DNA of 54,802 bases from an uncultured Spirochaetales bacterium. Its GTDB lineage: Bacteria > Spirochaetota > Spirochaetia > CAZAKE01. The stretch spans positions 8,798 to 63,599 of the forward strand of contig CAZAKE010000005.1 of assembly GCA_964485495.1 (NCBI GenBank), in the 5' to 3' direction. Below, one piece after another: positions 40,784-50,336 of the stretch (within the stretch, counting starts at the first letter, position 1; every line of letters begins with the position of its first letter). The notes beneath the pieces were generated by a model that saw only the letters and a list, made by a program, of their open reading frames with translations, was not told the origin of the DNA and made no database searches. Position numbers and translations under genes: made by a program.

Positions 40784-41767
40784 ATGAGCATGAAGGTGTT
40801 GGTAATCGGCGGCGCAGGATATATCGGCAGCCATGTCGTGCGGGCGTTTCTCGACCGGGGCTACCGGGTGTCGGTGTTCGACAACCTCTCGTCCGGACTG
40901 CGGGAGAACCTGTTCGACGAGTGTGCGTTTATCCATGGGGATATCCTGCGGTCCGATTCATTGGAAGAGGCCATGTCCGACGGCGTCGACGCCCTGGTAC
41001 ACCTCGCAGCCTTCAAGGCCGCCGGGGAATCGATGCTCAAGCCCGAGAAATACTCCGTCAACAACATCACGGGGACCCTGAATATCCTGAACGCCGCCGC
41101 CAAATGCGGGGTGCGGCGGATCGTCTTCTCCTCTTCGGCGGCGGTGTACGGGATGCCCGAGTATCTGCCCATCGACGAGAAGCACCCGACGAATCCGATT
41201 AACTATTACGGCTTCACCAAACTCGAGATCGAACGGTTCCTCGGCTGGTACGACCGCCTCAAACAGGTTCGCTTCGCGTCGCTGCGCTACTTCAACGCCG
41301 CCGGATACGATCCGGCGGGACGGGTGCGCGGCTTGGAGCAAAACCCCGCCAACCTGTTACCCATCATCATGGAGGTAGCCGTGGGAAGCCGGGAACGCCT
41401 CGGGATCTTCGGCGACGACTACGATACTCCGGATGGTACCTGTATCAGGGACTACATCCACGTGAACGATCTGGCCTCGGCCCACGTGATGGGACTCGAG
41501 TATATCGACCGGCAGGATTCCTCACTCACCGTGAACTTAGGCACCGGGTCCGGCATCAGCGTGAAGGAGATGCTCGAGGCGGCACGTCGCATCACCGGCA
41601 GGGAGATCCCCGCGGACGTCACCGATCGGCGGCCCGGGGATCCGGACGAACTGGTAGCCTCGGCCGAAGAAGCCGGCCGGCTCCTCGGCTGGAAACCCGT
41701 ATCGAGCGATCCGGACGTACTCGTCCGGTCAACCTGGGACGCCTACAAGCGGAGTCTCGGCCTGTAG
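40784..41767 (+). CDS. galE: UDP-glucose 4-epimerase
   Basis: MKVLVIGGAGYIGSH (Rossmann GxxGxxG). YxxxK catalytic motif region. ...NLGTGSGISV. GGAGAT SD-like upstream. Confidence 0.9.
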   Translation: MSMKVLVIGGAGYIGSHVVRAFLDRGYRVSVFDNLSSGLRENLFDECAFIHGDILRSDSLEEAMSDGVDALVHLAAFKAAGESMLKPEKYSVNNITGTLNILNAAAKCGVRRIVFSSSAAVYGMPEYLPIDEKHPTNPINYYGFTKLEIERFLGWYDRLKQVRFASLRYFNAAGYDPAGRVRGLEQNPANLLPIIMEVAVGSRERLGIFGDDYDTPDGTCIRDYIHVNDLASAHVMGLEYIDRQDSSLTVNLGTGSGISVKEMLEAARRITGREIPADVTDRRPGDPDELVASAEEAGRLLGWKPVSSDPDVLVRSTWDAYKRSLGL

Positions 41768-41969
41768 CGGCCTCTATCCCGATTCACGCCGACTCGACCT
41801 TCCGGCGCAGGGCTTCGATCTCGGTGCCGAAGATCTTCGCCATCTTGGCGTGGGAGAACCAGGTGAACAGGGTGCGGCGGACATCCGCATGCTGATGTCG
41901 ATCAGATCGAATTCGGCGGTAAAAAGGGGGGTATCTCCCTTCAGCATGTCCACCAGGAAATACCCATGG

Positions 41970-42123
41970 CAGCAATTCGAAAAGAAAATAGAAAGGGCGG
42001 CGTATATCAGTTCCTTTTCTGCGATATCGACTTCGTACCTCGTCGAATCGCCACGAAAAGGCATAAAACACGGAGTGATCATGCACATTCCAAATGTAGC
42101 TATTGCTACATTTGGAATTGCTG
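41970..42123 (+). repeat. intergenic conserved element copy 2, upstream of the M20 peptidase-GpgS-ABC operon
   Basis: About 90% identical to copy 3 over ~150 nt. Ends in a perfect 14-bp hairpin ATTCCAAATGTAGC-tatt-GCTACATTTGGAAT. Confidence 0.8.
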
Positions 42124-42280
42124 TACCCATAGTCCGCGCTCTACCACATAGGTTCCATCGTGACAACTCGCGAGATCACACCGGAAATATGAGAAATTCC
42201 GTAGCTCATTGCACCGGAGCACGATGATGCGGTAAAATAGGAACGACTAAGAGATGTATAGGGATGTATAGGAAAGAAAT

Positions 42281-43453
42281 ATGACGAAAGAGTTTGAAGA
42301 GATCGTCACCGATCTGCCGGGAATCAGGAGTCGGCTCGAGTCGATTCGCGACGTCATCCTGGCGAACCTGGTGATGATCGGTGAAATTCCGGCACCCACC
42401 TTCGAAGAACACAATCGCCGGGAGTTCCTGGTAAATCGCTTCACCGAGTATCACCTGCTGAACTGTTCCACCGATGAGGCCGGCAACGCGCTGGGTATCC
42501 TCCCCGGAGAAGACGGCGAGCGGAATATCCTGGTTGTCGCCCACCTGGACAGCAACTTCGACGACACCGTCGACCATACCATCAGCGTCGACACCAACAC
42601 CATCACCGGTCCGGGGGTCGGCGACAATTCGCTGGGGTTAGCCGCCGTCGCCACAATCCCAAGAGCGCTGGAACATCTGGGAATCAAGCTGAAGTCGAAC
42701 CTGATCCTGATGGGCTCATCGAAGAGTCTCGGCCGAGGGAACATCGAGGGGTTGCGGTTCTTCTTGGAGAACACCGACATCCCCATCACCACCGGCGTCT
42801 GTATCGAGGGGGTGAAACTCGGACGAATCAGCTACTCCTCCATCGGTATGATGCGTTGCCAACTCAACATCAAGGTTCCTGAGGAGTACGATTGGACCCG
42901 ATTCGGCGCCGTCGGTGCCGTGGTGACCATCAACGAGGTGATCAACCGGATCCTGGAGATCCCCCTACCCAAGCGGCCGCGGACGAGTATCGTCCTCGGC
43001 TCGGTACTGGGCGGCACCTCCTTCAATACCATCGCCACCGAGGCATCCATCCGGTTCGAGATCCGGTCGGAGTCCGGTTCGATGGTCAAGGATATCGGGA
43101 CGGAGATCGAGAATATCGCCGCCGAGGTGGCCTCCCATTCGGGGGCCGAGGTGTTCTTCAACATCTTCGCCCAGCGTGAACCCGGAGGCATCAAGTATGC
43201 CCATCCCCTGGCCATGACGGCCCGTGAACTGTTGGAGGGGTTGGGGGTTACCCCCAGAATCACGCCGAGTACCTCCGAACTATCGGCGTTTATCGACAAG
43301 GGAATACCGGCACTCACCCTCGGAATCACCGACGGCGAGAACATGAACCGCAATGACGAGACCATCGAGATCGAACCGATATACTCCGGCATGGCACAAC
43401 TGATCGGCCTGCTATTGTCGATCGACAGGGGGCTTTGCGATGACAAAGATTGA
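42281..43453 (+). CDS. M20-family metallopeptidase / deacylase (ArgE/DapE/peptidase T family)
   Basis: VVAHLD (HxD metal ligand). GPGVGDN (second Asp ligand). Dimerisation-domain pattern. Conserved C-terminal His region. Substrate not inferable. Confidence 0.65.
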   Translation: MTKEFEEIVTDLPGIRSRLESIRDVILANLVMIGEIPAPTFEEHNRREFLVNRFTEYHLLNCSTDEAGNALGILPGEDGERNILVVAHLDSNFDDTVDHTISVDTNTITGPGVGDNSLGLAAVATIPRALEHLGIKLKSNLILMGSSKSLGRGNIEGLRFFLENTDIPITTGVCIEGVKLGRISYSSIGMMRCQLNIKVPEEYDWTRFGAVGAVVTINEVINRILEIPLPKRPRTSIVLGSVLGGTSFNTIATEASIRFEIRSESGSMVKDIGTEIENIAAEVASHSGAEVFFNIFAQREPGGIKYAHPLAMTARELLEGLGVTPRITPSTSELSAFIDKGIPALTLGITDGENMNRNDETIEIEPIYSGMAQLIGLLLSIDRGLCDDKD

Positions 43454-44426
43454 CACCTGGCTGAAGAATAACACCTATCACCATTCCAACTTCTGGGACC
43501 TGCAGCAGCTGGTCAACGAAAAACAGAAGAAGGATCTGAAGATATCACTGTGCATCCCGACTCTGAACGAGGAGAAGACCATCGGCAAGGAGATCGTCCT
43601 GTTCCGGTCGGAGTTAATGCTACGATACCCCCTCCTGGACGAGATCGCGGTGATCGATTCCGGGTCCGATGACCGCACCCTGGAGGTGGCGGCCTCGTTC
43701 GGTGCCGATACCTACCTGGCCGCTGATATCCTGCCGAATCTGGATGCGAAACGCGGAAAGGGCGAGAACCTGTGGAAGGCGATCTATCAGCTGGAGGGCG
43801 ACATCATCGTCTACATCGACGCAGACATAAAGAACATCCATCCCAGGTTCATCTACGGACTGGTGGCGCCTCTGGTGTACCGGGACGAGATCAAATACGT
43901 GAAGGCATTCTACGACCGTCCGCTGGCGGTATCAGGCGGGATCAGGCCTTCCGGTGGAGGACGAGTCACGGAGATCCTGATTCGCCCTCTGTTCTGCCTC
44001 TTCCTGCCGGAACTATCCGCCATCATCCAGCCGCTGTCCGGCGAATACGCCGTTCGCCGAGAGGTACTCGAGCAGATTCCCTTTCCCATCGGGTACGGCG
44101 TAGAGACCTCACACCTCATCGACGTCTACATCAAATGGGGCCTCGACGCCTTCGCCCAGACCGATCTGGACCAGCGGGTCCACCGCAACCAGGCGACCAG
44201 GTCCCTGGGAAAGATGTCCTTCGGAATCCTCCAGACATTCCTGAGCCGGCTGAAGTCCCTCGAGATGGTCCAGGGACTCCCGGAGCTGCACAAGGTCCTG
44301 CGGCAGTTTCAAGCCCGGGATGATGACTTCGAATCAACGGAGATCCACATCATCGAGGAGGAACGGCCTCCGATGATCAGCATCCCCGATTACATCGAGA
44401 AGTTCAAACAGGACAACCATGAGTGA
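43440..44426 (+). CDS. gpgS: glucosyl-3-phosphoglycerate synthase-like retaining glycosyltransferase (GT81, GpgS/MpgS family)
   Basis: ISLCIPTLNEEKTIG...VIDSGSDDRT...KRGKGENLWKA...IVYIDADI (DxD). All are hallmark GpgS motifs. 14-nt overlap with the upstream peptidase. Confidence 0.7.
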   Translation: MTKIDTWLKNNTYHHSNFWDLQQLVNEKQKKDLKISLCIPTLNEEKTIGKEIVLFRSELMLRYPLLDEIAVIDSGSDDRTLEVAASFGADTYLAADILPNLDAKRGKGENLWKAIYQLEGDIIVYIDADIKNIHPRFIYGLVAPLVYRDEIKYVKAFYDRPLAVSGGIRPSGGGRVTEILIRPLFCLFLPELSAIIQPLSGEYAVRREVLEQIPFPIGYGVETSHLIDVYIKWGLDAFAQTDLDQRVHRNQATRSLGKMSFGILQTFLSRLKSLEMVQGLPELHKVLRQFQARDDDFESTEIHIIEEERPPMISIPDYIEKFKQDNHE

Positions 44427-45267
44427 TACGTTCTGCACCATCGATAACATCTCCTTCGAGTATGTCGATACCGACGAGGAGGGGCCTGAAGATCCCGGCG
44501 GACCCATCTCCGTGTTTCGAAGTCTTTCGGCCGAAATTCCCAAGGGACTGGTGACCTTCGTCGGGCAAAACGGCACTGGTAAAACCACGCTCATGCTGCT
44601 CTGCGGTGCCAGACTTCTGCCCCAGGCCGGTAAGATTACAATCTTAGGCCGGGACACCCGCACCATCACCGATGAGACCGAACGGAACCGGATCGCCTCC
44701 TTCGTATACCAGAACATGGAGTTCGAGACCCAGGAGGGTATCGAGGAGCTTTTCCACTTCGTCCTGGAAAACGGATTCAACGAGGACAAAAACCCGGGGT
44801 TCGTAGACGAACTGCTCGAAGTGTTCGGCCTGAAAGATGCGGCCGGACGCAGGCTGCAGCAACTCGGAAAGGGTGACATCCAGAAGGCGGTGGTCGCCTT
44901 CGCCATGCTCTACGGCTCCGATTCTCTCTTCATGGACGAGCCGGTGTTCGCCCTGGAAGAGAACCAGAAACACCAGCTCTTTGAGTATCTCTCCGACTAC
45001 GCACGGAAGCATGACGTCCCCGTCTGTTATTCGATGCACGAGCTCGAGCTGTCACGGAAGTATTCGGATCATGTGGTCTTCTTCCACAAGTCCGGACGGA
45101 TCGAAGTGTGCGACGCGGCCGAGTTGGAATCGGAGAAGAAGCTGGAAGTGGTATACGAGATCCCCTATGCCATGCTCTATCAGAAGGAGCACCTGCATCG
45201 CCGCCATCTCAAAGCCCTGGACGCGGAGGTAGAGAACCTGCGGCGGAAGGACAGGCCCGAGGAATAG
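44419..45267 (+). CDS. orphan ABC-type ATPase domain protein with degenerate signature motif
   Basis: Walker A GQNGTGKTT. Degenerate signature LGKGDIQKA. Walker B LFMDEP. H-loop SMHE. 8-nt overlap with gpgS. No permease gene adjacent. Confidence 0.7.
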   Translation: MSDTFCTIDNISFEYVDTDEEGPEDPGGPISVFRSLSAEIPKGLVTFVGQNGTGKTTLMLLCGARLLPQAGKITILGRDTRTITDETERNRIASFVYQNMEFETQEGIEELFHFVLENGFNEDKNPGFVDELLEVFGLKDAAGRRLQQLGKGDIQKAVVAFAMLYGSDSLFMDEPVFALEENQKHQLFEYLSDYARKHDVPVCYSMHELELSRKYSDHVVFFHKSGRIEVCDAAELESEKKLEVVYEIPYAMLYQKEHLHRRHLKALDAEVENLRRKDRPEE

Positions 45268-45277
45268 TCGCCGGACG

Positions 45278-45760
45278 TTAGGCGATCAGCTTGGGGAAGA
45301 CCAGGAGAGCGGTCTGTTTGAGCTCGACGGTGAGTTGCTCCAGCCGTTTCAGGTTATGCGGAAAAGTGTAGAGGCACATCTTCCGGATGATCATGTCCCG
45401 CTTGTCCGCCGGGGCGCGTCCCGGCTTGAAGCCCGAGACTCCCAGTTCGTCCCGCAGCACCGGCAGTAGGTAACGCCTCACCACCGCAACGAAGTGCTCC
45501 AACTGTTGGATCCCCATCATGATGATGTACTCGTCACCCTCATGGTAGAAGTGCAGCCCCAGCAGACGGCGTATGTCGGACATCACCTGTCGCTCCATGG
45601 GAAGGTCGTCGATCAGCACGGCGAACCAGGCCCGTTCGAAGTGAGCCTCGAACACCTCGCGGATATCGCCGACGATTGAGATCACCGATTCGTGTCGCCA
45701 CGAATCGCCACGATCCGCCGGACTCGGTGCATATTCGGTCGTAAATGAGTAGGCGCCCAT
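45278..45760 (-). CDS. hypothetical protein (160 aa), last gene of the minus-strand ABC/LolA-like operon
   Basis: ORF with good coding character. No family recognised. Confidence 0.4.
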   Translation of the reverse strand: MGAYSFTTEYAPSPADRGDSWRHESVISIVGDIREVFEAHFERAWFAVLIDDLPMERQVMSDIRRLLGLHFYHEGDEYIIMMGIQQLEHFVAVVRRYLLPVLRDELGVSGFKPGRAPADKRDMIIRKMCLYTFPHNLKRLEQLTVELKQTALLVFPKLIA

Positions 45761-45807
45761 ACCCCCATTTTCGGCTCGATTCCTCGAAGGCTTAACGGCT
45801 CTCCGAG

Positions 45808-47064
45808 TCAGAACACGAACCGCATACCGGTCATAAGGGCCAAGTCACCAGCCCGGGGCCAGCCGAATATGTCGTCCTGATCACCGGCCTGCACGATACC
45901 ATATGCGAAAAGGTGGAATCCCTGGTAGATGTTCCAGTTCCCCCCCACCGTCATCGAGAGGGACTGGTCCAGGGGTGAGAGAATAGTGCGCCACATGAGA
46001 CCCACCGTCTGCCCCACGGCAATCGAGATCTCCGGATAGAGATAGAGTCCATACCGCTGGAGGGTTCCGTCCTCATCGGTTCCCAGACCGCCCTCCGACT
46101 CGGACCATAGCCCGGCGGGATAGGAGAGAGCCTCCAGGCGCAGGGTAACCGAGTCATCCCGAGTGAGTTTCAGGATAGTGGACATGCCGGCCGAGACGGT
46201 CAGGAGTTCCCACAGGTCGATCCATGCGGGGGCGGAATCGGGAACGCCGGAGGCGGCGCTGAGGTGCCAGTCCACATCGCCGAAAGCCCCCTGTAACACG
46301 CCGAAGAAGCGGTGGAGCCTGTCCTTCCCGGCATACCAGTACCCCGACTCCACCTTCAGATTCAATGGCTTGGCCTGGACCTTGACCCCGGCGGAGGTCT
46401 CCTTGATGTCGGGCATGCCGGCGGCCGAGTCGGTAGCCGGTGCCGCGGCCATGGCCGCCAGGTCGATCTCCGGGGCGGTGACTACCCCCTCGACATAACT
46501 AAAGGTTCCCAGGGGGATGTATACCTCGGTGAGGAGCTTATTATCATCCCGGAGCACGTCCGCCGAGAGGTCAACCGAGAGATCGGTGGAGCCGAAGATC
46601 AGGTCTCCGGCGTTGAACATCACCCCTTCGCCCCAGGAGACCCGGGTCTTGCCCACGGTCACCCGAAACGCAGGGAACCGCACCTTGATGAAGCCCCGGG
46701 GGATGTCGAGGAGAAGCGATTGACCGATCACCGTGCGGAGAGCCAACTCGGCCTTGACGTTCCGGTTTCCCACAGCTCGGAACTCTACCTCACCGCTCCC
46801 CTGTAACAGGAAGGTCAGCGGCGTGTCGTTGCCGAGGGCATACCCATCGGGAAGCGCCCCAGTGCTCCCGACACCGGTGTCGGCTTCGGTGTTACCGTCA
46901 CCATTCGGGGATCCCGCCGGCATATGTGAGAGGACGTTCATACAATGCAGGTCCACCGTTGTAGCCAGCTCCGCCCATGCGAGAGGCACGCCGAACCGGT
47001 ACAGCAGCACGGCAATGAGTATCCCGGCGGCTGTCCGAGGCAGCCGCCCGCGTCGGTCTACCAC
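45808..47064 (-). CDS. putative outer-membrane beta-barrel protein
   Basis: N-terminal hydrophobic signal-like segment. Alternating beta-strand pattern. C-terminal ...GMRFVF aromatic terminus typical of BAM substrates. 7-nt overlap with the upstream LolA-like gene. Confidence 0.5.
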   Translation of the reverse strand: MVDRRGRLPRTAAGILIAVLLYRFGVPLAWAELATTVDLHCMNVLSHMPAGSPNGDGNTEADTGVGSTGALPDGYALGNDTPLTFLLQGSGEVEFRAVGNRNVKAELALRTVIGQSLLLDIPRGFIKVRFPAFRVTVGKTRVSWGEGVMFNAGDLIFGSTDLSVDLSADVLRDDNKLLTEVYIPLGTFSYVEGVVTAPEIDLAAMAAAPATDSAAGMPDIKETSAGVKVQAKPLNLKVESGYWYAGKDRLHRFFGVLQGAFGDVDWHLSAASGVPDSAPAWIDLWELLTVSAGMSTILKLTRDDSVTLRLEALSYPAGLWSESEGGLGTDEDGTLQRYGLYLYPEISIAVGQTVGLMWRTILSPLDQSLSMTVGGNWNIYQGFHLFAYGIVQAGDQDDIFGWPRAGDLALMTGMRFVF

Positions 47065-47807
47065 GTAAGCTCCTCCAGAGAGAAGACCGCAGGATCGATG
47101 CGCGGATCTATCTCGATCTTTTCGACGATGAATTCGGTAGAGGAGTTCTTCTTCATCTTGTCCTGCATCACGAGGCGCATCGGCACAGGCAGCCCGTCGA
47201 CGATCTCGACATCCGTGACCAGCATCTCCTTGAGGAGCTTGTCGGACAGGGAGTACTTCTCCGCCTTCCGTCCGATGAAGAGCTCCGAGTCAACCCATAC
47301 GATCTGCTTGGGATAGGGCACCCTGCGACTCTTCGCCTCCATCAGGATCTTGTAACACTCGTGCCCGTCCACCTCCTCGGTTCCCATGAGGGAGACGTCG
47401 TAGGCGGATAGGAGCCCCTTCTCGCCGGTCATGTCCTCGTAGGAGAAATCCGAACCCAGCACCGAATCGCGCAGCGCCGATCCTTGAAGCCGGATCACCT
47501 CCTCCGCGTCGGGAAAGTAGAGATAGATCTCGTCTTTCGTACGCAGAATCTTCTGTCCGGCCTCTTCCTTGCTGGTAAACTCAATCAATGTCTCGTCCTC
47601 GCCCCGCGCCCAGGACCTGAATGTACTTTCTTTGGCGCCGAAGCGATCTTCGATGATCATCCGCCCTTCGGTGTAAGCGGTCTCGTGCACCTCGTTCTCC
47701 TCCATCCTGGTGATGATCTCCTCGGCATCCAGGCCGAAGGCAGTCACGGAGAGTAGCAGGCCGGTCGTCATACCGAATACCACTCGTATCAGGTTTCGTC
47801 GTTTCAT
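47058..47807 (-). CDS. outer-membrane lipoprotein-sorting (LolA-like, DUF4367-type) periplasmic protein
   Basis: Signal peptide MKRRNLIRVVFGMTTGLLLSVTAFG. Family frequently encoded with FtsX-type ABC exporters. Overall similarity judged from sequence pattern. Confidence 0.55.
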   Translation of the reverse strand: MKRRNLIRVVFGMTTGLLLSVTAFGLDAEEIITRMEENEVHETAYTEGRMIIEDRFGAKESTFRSWARGEDETLIEFTSKEEAGQKILRTKDEIYLYFPDAEEVIRLQGSALRDSVLGSDFSYEDMTGEKGLLSAYDVSLMGTEEVDGHECYKILMEAKSRRVPYPKQIVWVDSELFIGRKAEKYSLSDKLLKEMLVTDVEIVDGLPVPMRLVMQDKMKKNSSTEFIVEKIEIDPRIDPAVFSLEELTW

Positions 47808-47846
47808 GATTTTCCTCCAGATATCACTTGTGTAAACGCCGGCCGG

Positions 47847-49079
47847 CTACACCGCGCGCAAGGCCTCGATAGGCTCGATCTTGGCCGCCCGACTCGACGG
47901 CAGCAGTGACGCCGCGGAGGCGACGATGACGGAGTAGAAGAAAACCATCACCGTACTCTTCCAGGTGATGACGAACTTCACCACCGGGTTTATCTCAAAA
48001 TCTACTCCGCTCATCGCCGCGGTGAAATCGATGCCGAAATAGGAGAGAGGAAGGGTCAACACAATCCCTATGATCACCCCGGCGGCGGCGCCGATCACAC
48101 TGATAAAAAAGGCTTCCAAGAAGAAGAGTCTCACGATCTCCCCGCCGGTCATGCCCATGGCGGAGATAGTGCCGATCTCACGCATCCGTTCGTAGATCAC
48201 CATCATAGTGGTGTTGACGATTACCGTGCTGCCGAGTAGGAAGAAGATGGCGGCGATCAGGTAGTAGACGGCCTCTCCTATCTTCATGAGCTGGAACGTG
48301 GAGGGAATCGAGGTCCACGTTCCGGCTTCCAGTGTATCGAGCCCCGCGTCGGAGAACGCAGTGTTCAGTCTCCCGGCGGCCTCACGTGCGGACTCTCCCG
48401 GATGCAGCTTCATCAGGATCTCGCTGACACTCTCATCCATCCGTAAGAAATATCGTACCCGGTCCAACGGTGCATAGAAGTGGGTGTTGTTGAGTCCGAC
48501 AACAGGCAATTTCATCAGCCCGGTCACCTGGAAGGTGATGGCATTGGTGCCACGACCCCGTGTCTTGGAGAGGAGGGTGAACGTATCGCCGATGCCGATG
48601 CTCATCTCCTCGGCCAGCCCGATCCCCAGTATCGCCTCGTTGTTGCCGTTCTCCGGGAGCCGCCCCTCGGTGATGTGCGTCGCCAGGTCCTGATACTCGA
48701 GCTCCCGCTCCATATCGATTCCGACACCCATGGCCTTGTAGTTGTTTCCGCCGATATAGATCATGGTACCGAAACCGATTCTGGGCACGGCCAGATCGAC
48801 GGAAGGATCCGCTGCCACGATCTCGAGGACCTGCTCGAGCGGCTCCACACCTAAGTGCAAGGGGTGGAGATGCTCGTACTTGTTGTACTCGATATGTCGA
48901 ATCCGGACCTCTCCGGTAAAGAAAGTCTGCAGATTGTACCGCAGGTCTTCGATCATGCCACCGATCATGCCGAACAGCAACACGAAGGTCATCGCGGCGA
49001 TACCGATTGCGCTCATCGACAGGAGACTCCTGCGCATGTTCCGTCGGATATTTCGAAATGCTATCTCGTGCAGTTTCAT
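47847..49079 (-). CDS. ABC transporter permease, FtsX/MacB/LolC-E family
   Basis: N-terminal TM, large periplasmic domain, C-terminal FtsX 3-TM bundle (IFFLLGSTVIVNTTMMVIYERMREIGTISAMGMTGGEI). Confidence 0.85.
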   Translation of the reverse strand: MKLHEIAFRNIRRNMRRSLLSMSAIGIAAMTFVLLFGMIGGMIEDLRYNLQTFFTGEVRIRHIEYNKYEHLHPLHLGVEPLEQVLEIVAADPSVDLAVPRIGFGTMIYIGGNNYKAMGVGIDMERELEYQDLATHITEGRLPENGNNEAILGIGLAEEMSIGIGDTFTLLSKTRGRGTNAITFQVTGLMKLPVVGLNNTHFYAPLDRVRYFLRMDESVSEILMKLHPGESAREAAGRLNTAFSDAGLDTLEAGTWTSIPSTFQLMKIGEAVYYLIAAIFFLLGSTVIVNTTMMVIYERMREIGTISAMGMTGGEIVRLFFLEAFFISVIGAAAGVIIGIVLTLPLSYFGIDFTAAMSGVDFEINPVVKFVITWKSTVMVFFYSVIVASAASLLPSSRAAKIEPIEALRAV

Positions 49080-49089
49080 CCTCTCACTC

Positions 49090-50334
49090 CTACTCGTATC
49101 GCAGACACTCGGTGACTTCCATCTTCAAAGCTTTTTTGGTGGGGATGTAGGCGATGATCATGGAGGCCACGATTCCCACCACGAACGCCACAATAAAACT
49201 CACCGGTTTCCAGGTTCCCCGCATGATATCGGCAACCCGATATCCGATATCCATGTCGCCGATCAACGGTCCGAAATCGATGCCCCATTGCACCAACGGC
49301 CAGTTACAAAGGGCACCCAGAATCAACCCGGATAAGGCTCCCAAAAAACCTATTCCCCCGGATTCCAGCATAAAGGATGTGCGCACCTCCGAATCCTTCA
49401 TCCCCAATGCCCGCATCATCCCTAACTCGCGGATTCGCTCATAGACGGCCATCAGCATGGTATTGGAGATGCCGACGGCGGCGATGATGAACACCAGGAA
49501 GAGGATAATACTCGATCCTTGAGTCTTCATTTCGGCGATGGCCAGGTAGTCTTTGGCCAACTCCTGCCACTCCAGGACCGACATGTCACCGTTCAGTCCC
49601 TTCAATTCGGATTCAACCTCATCGGCAAGGGTGCGAGCGTCGGCGCGTGCGGGAAACTCGAGGGCAATCTCCGTCACCGCGCCTTCCATCTGCATATAGT
49701 AGTCCGCCGCGCCAAGGGTCATGAGTACGGTACCCTTGTTCAACACCGGATTCGGGCAGTTGATGATCCCCACGATATCGAGGTCGATAGTCTGGAAATA
49801 GCCGTTTCTAGTACGAGTGACGATGGTGACGGGATATCCCACCTCGGCCCCGAGGTCGTTCGCCAGCCACGCACCTAGTACGACACCATCCTCATCGCCT
49901 TCCAGATAGCGACCATCGACCACCGTCTCACTGATCCTGAACACCTCCTCGTCCCGTTCGGGATCCAGGGCAATTACCTTCACCTGCATCGATCCGTCCT
50001 CCGGATAGGGGTCCCGATTCACGATCACCTCTCCGCCGAAGACCGCCCGCGGCACCGCCGGGTACTCCACCGCGGCGATGATCTTCTCCGGGTCCTCGAT
50101 GACATACTTCAGCGGCATCTGGTCCCTCTCTTCCCAGTACTTCGTGTTCATGATCTTGGCGTATGCCGTCTCATACCAGATCAGGTTGCGCTCGGAATCG
50201 AGTTCGATCCCGGCCAGGAGCGAGTCTATGATGATATAGAGCATCAGGCCGAATGCGATGGCCGAGGTGGTGATCGCCGTTCTGCGTTTGTGGCGAGAGA
50301 GATTCTTCCACGATAACGACAGTATGAATTTCAT
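49090..50334 (-). CDS. ABC transporter permease, FtsX/MacB/LolC-E family (second copy)
   Basis: Same architecture (ILFLVFIIAAVGISNTMLMAVYERIRELGMMRALGMKDSEV). Confidence 0.85.
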   Translation of the reverse strand: MKFILSLSWKNLSRHKRRTAITTSAIAFGLMLYIIIDSLLAGIELDSERNLIWYETAYAKIMNTKYWEERDQMPLKYVIEDPEKIIAAVEYPAVPRAVFGGEVIVNRDPYPEDGSMQVKVIALDPERDEEVFRISETVVDGRYLEGDEDGVVLGAWLANDLGAEVGYPVTIVTRTRNGYFQTIDLDIVGIINCPNPVLNKGTVLMTLGAADYYMQMEGAVTEIALEFPARADARTLADEVESELKGLNGDMSVLEWQELAKDYLAIAEMKTQGSSIILFLVFIIAAVGISNTMLMAVYERIRELGMMRALGMKDSEVRTSFMLESGGIGFLGALSGLILGALCNWPLVQWGIDFGPLIGDMDIGYRVADIMRGTWKPVSFIVAFVVGIVASMIIAYIPTKKALKMEVTECLRYE

Positions 50335-50336
50335 CT

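Noticed and set aside
41774-42227. ORFs 41774-42166(-), 41784-42086(-) and 41850-42227(+) overlapping the conserved intergenic element.
   Set aside because: They are mutually overlapping, lack SD/starts with support, and coincide with a repeat present in three non-coding contexts. The element is more parsimoniously non-coding.
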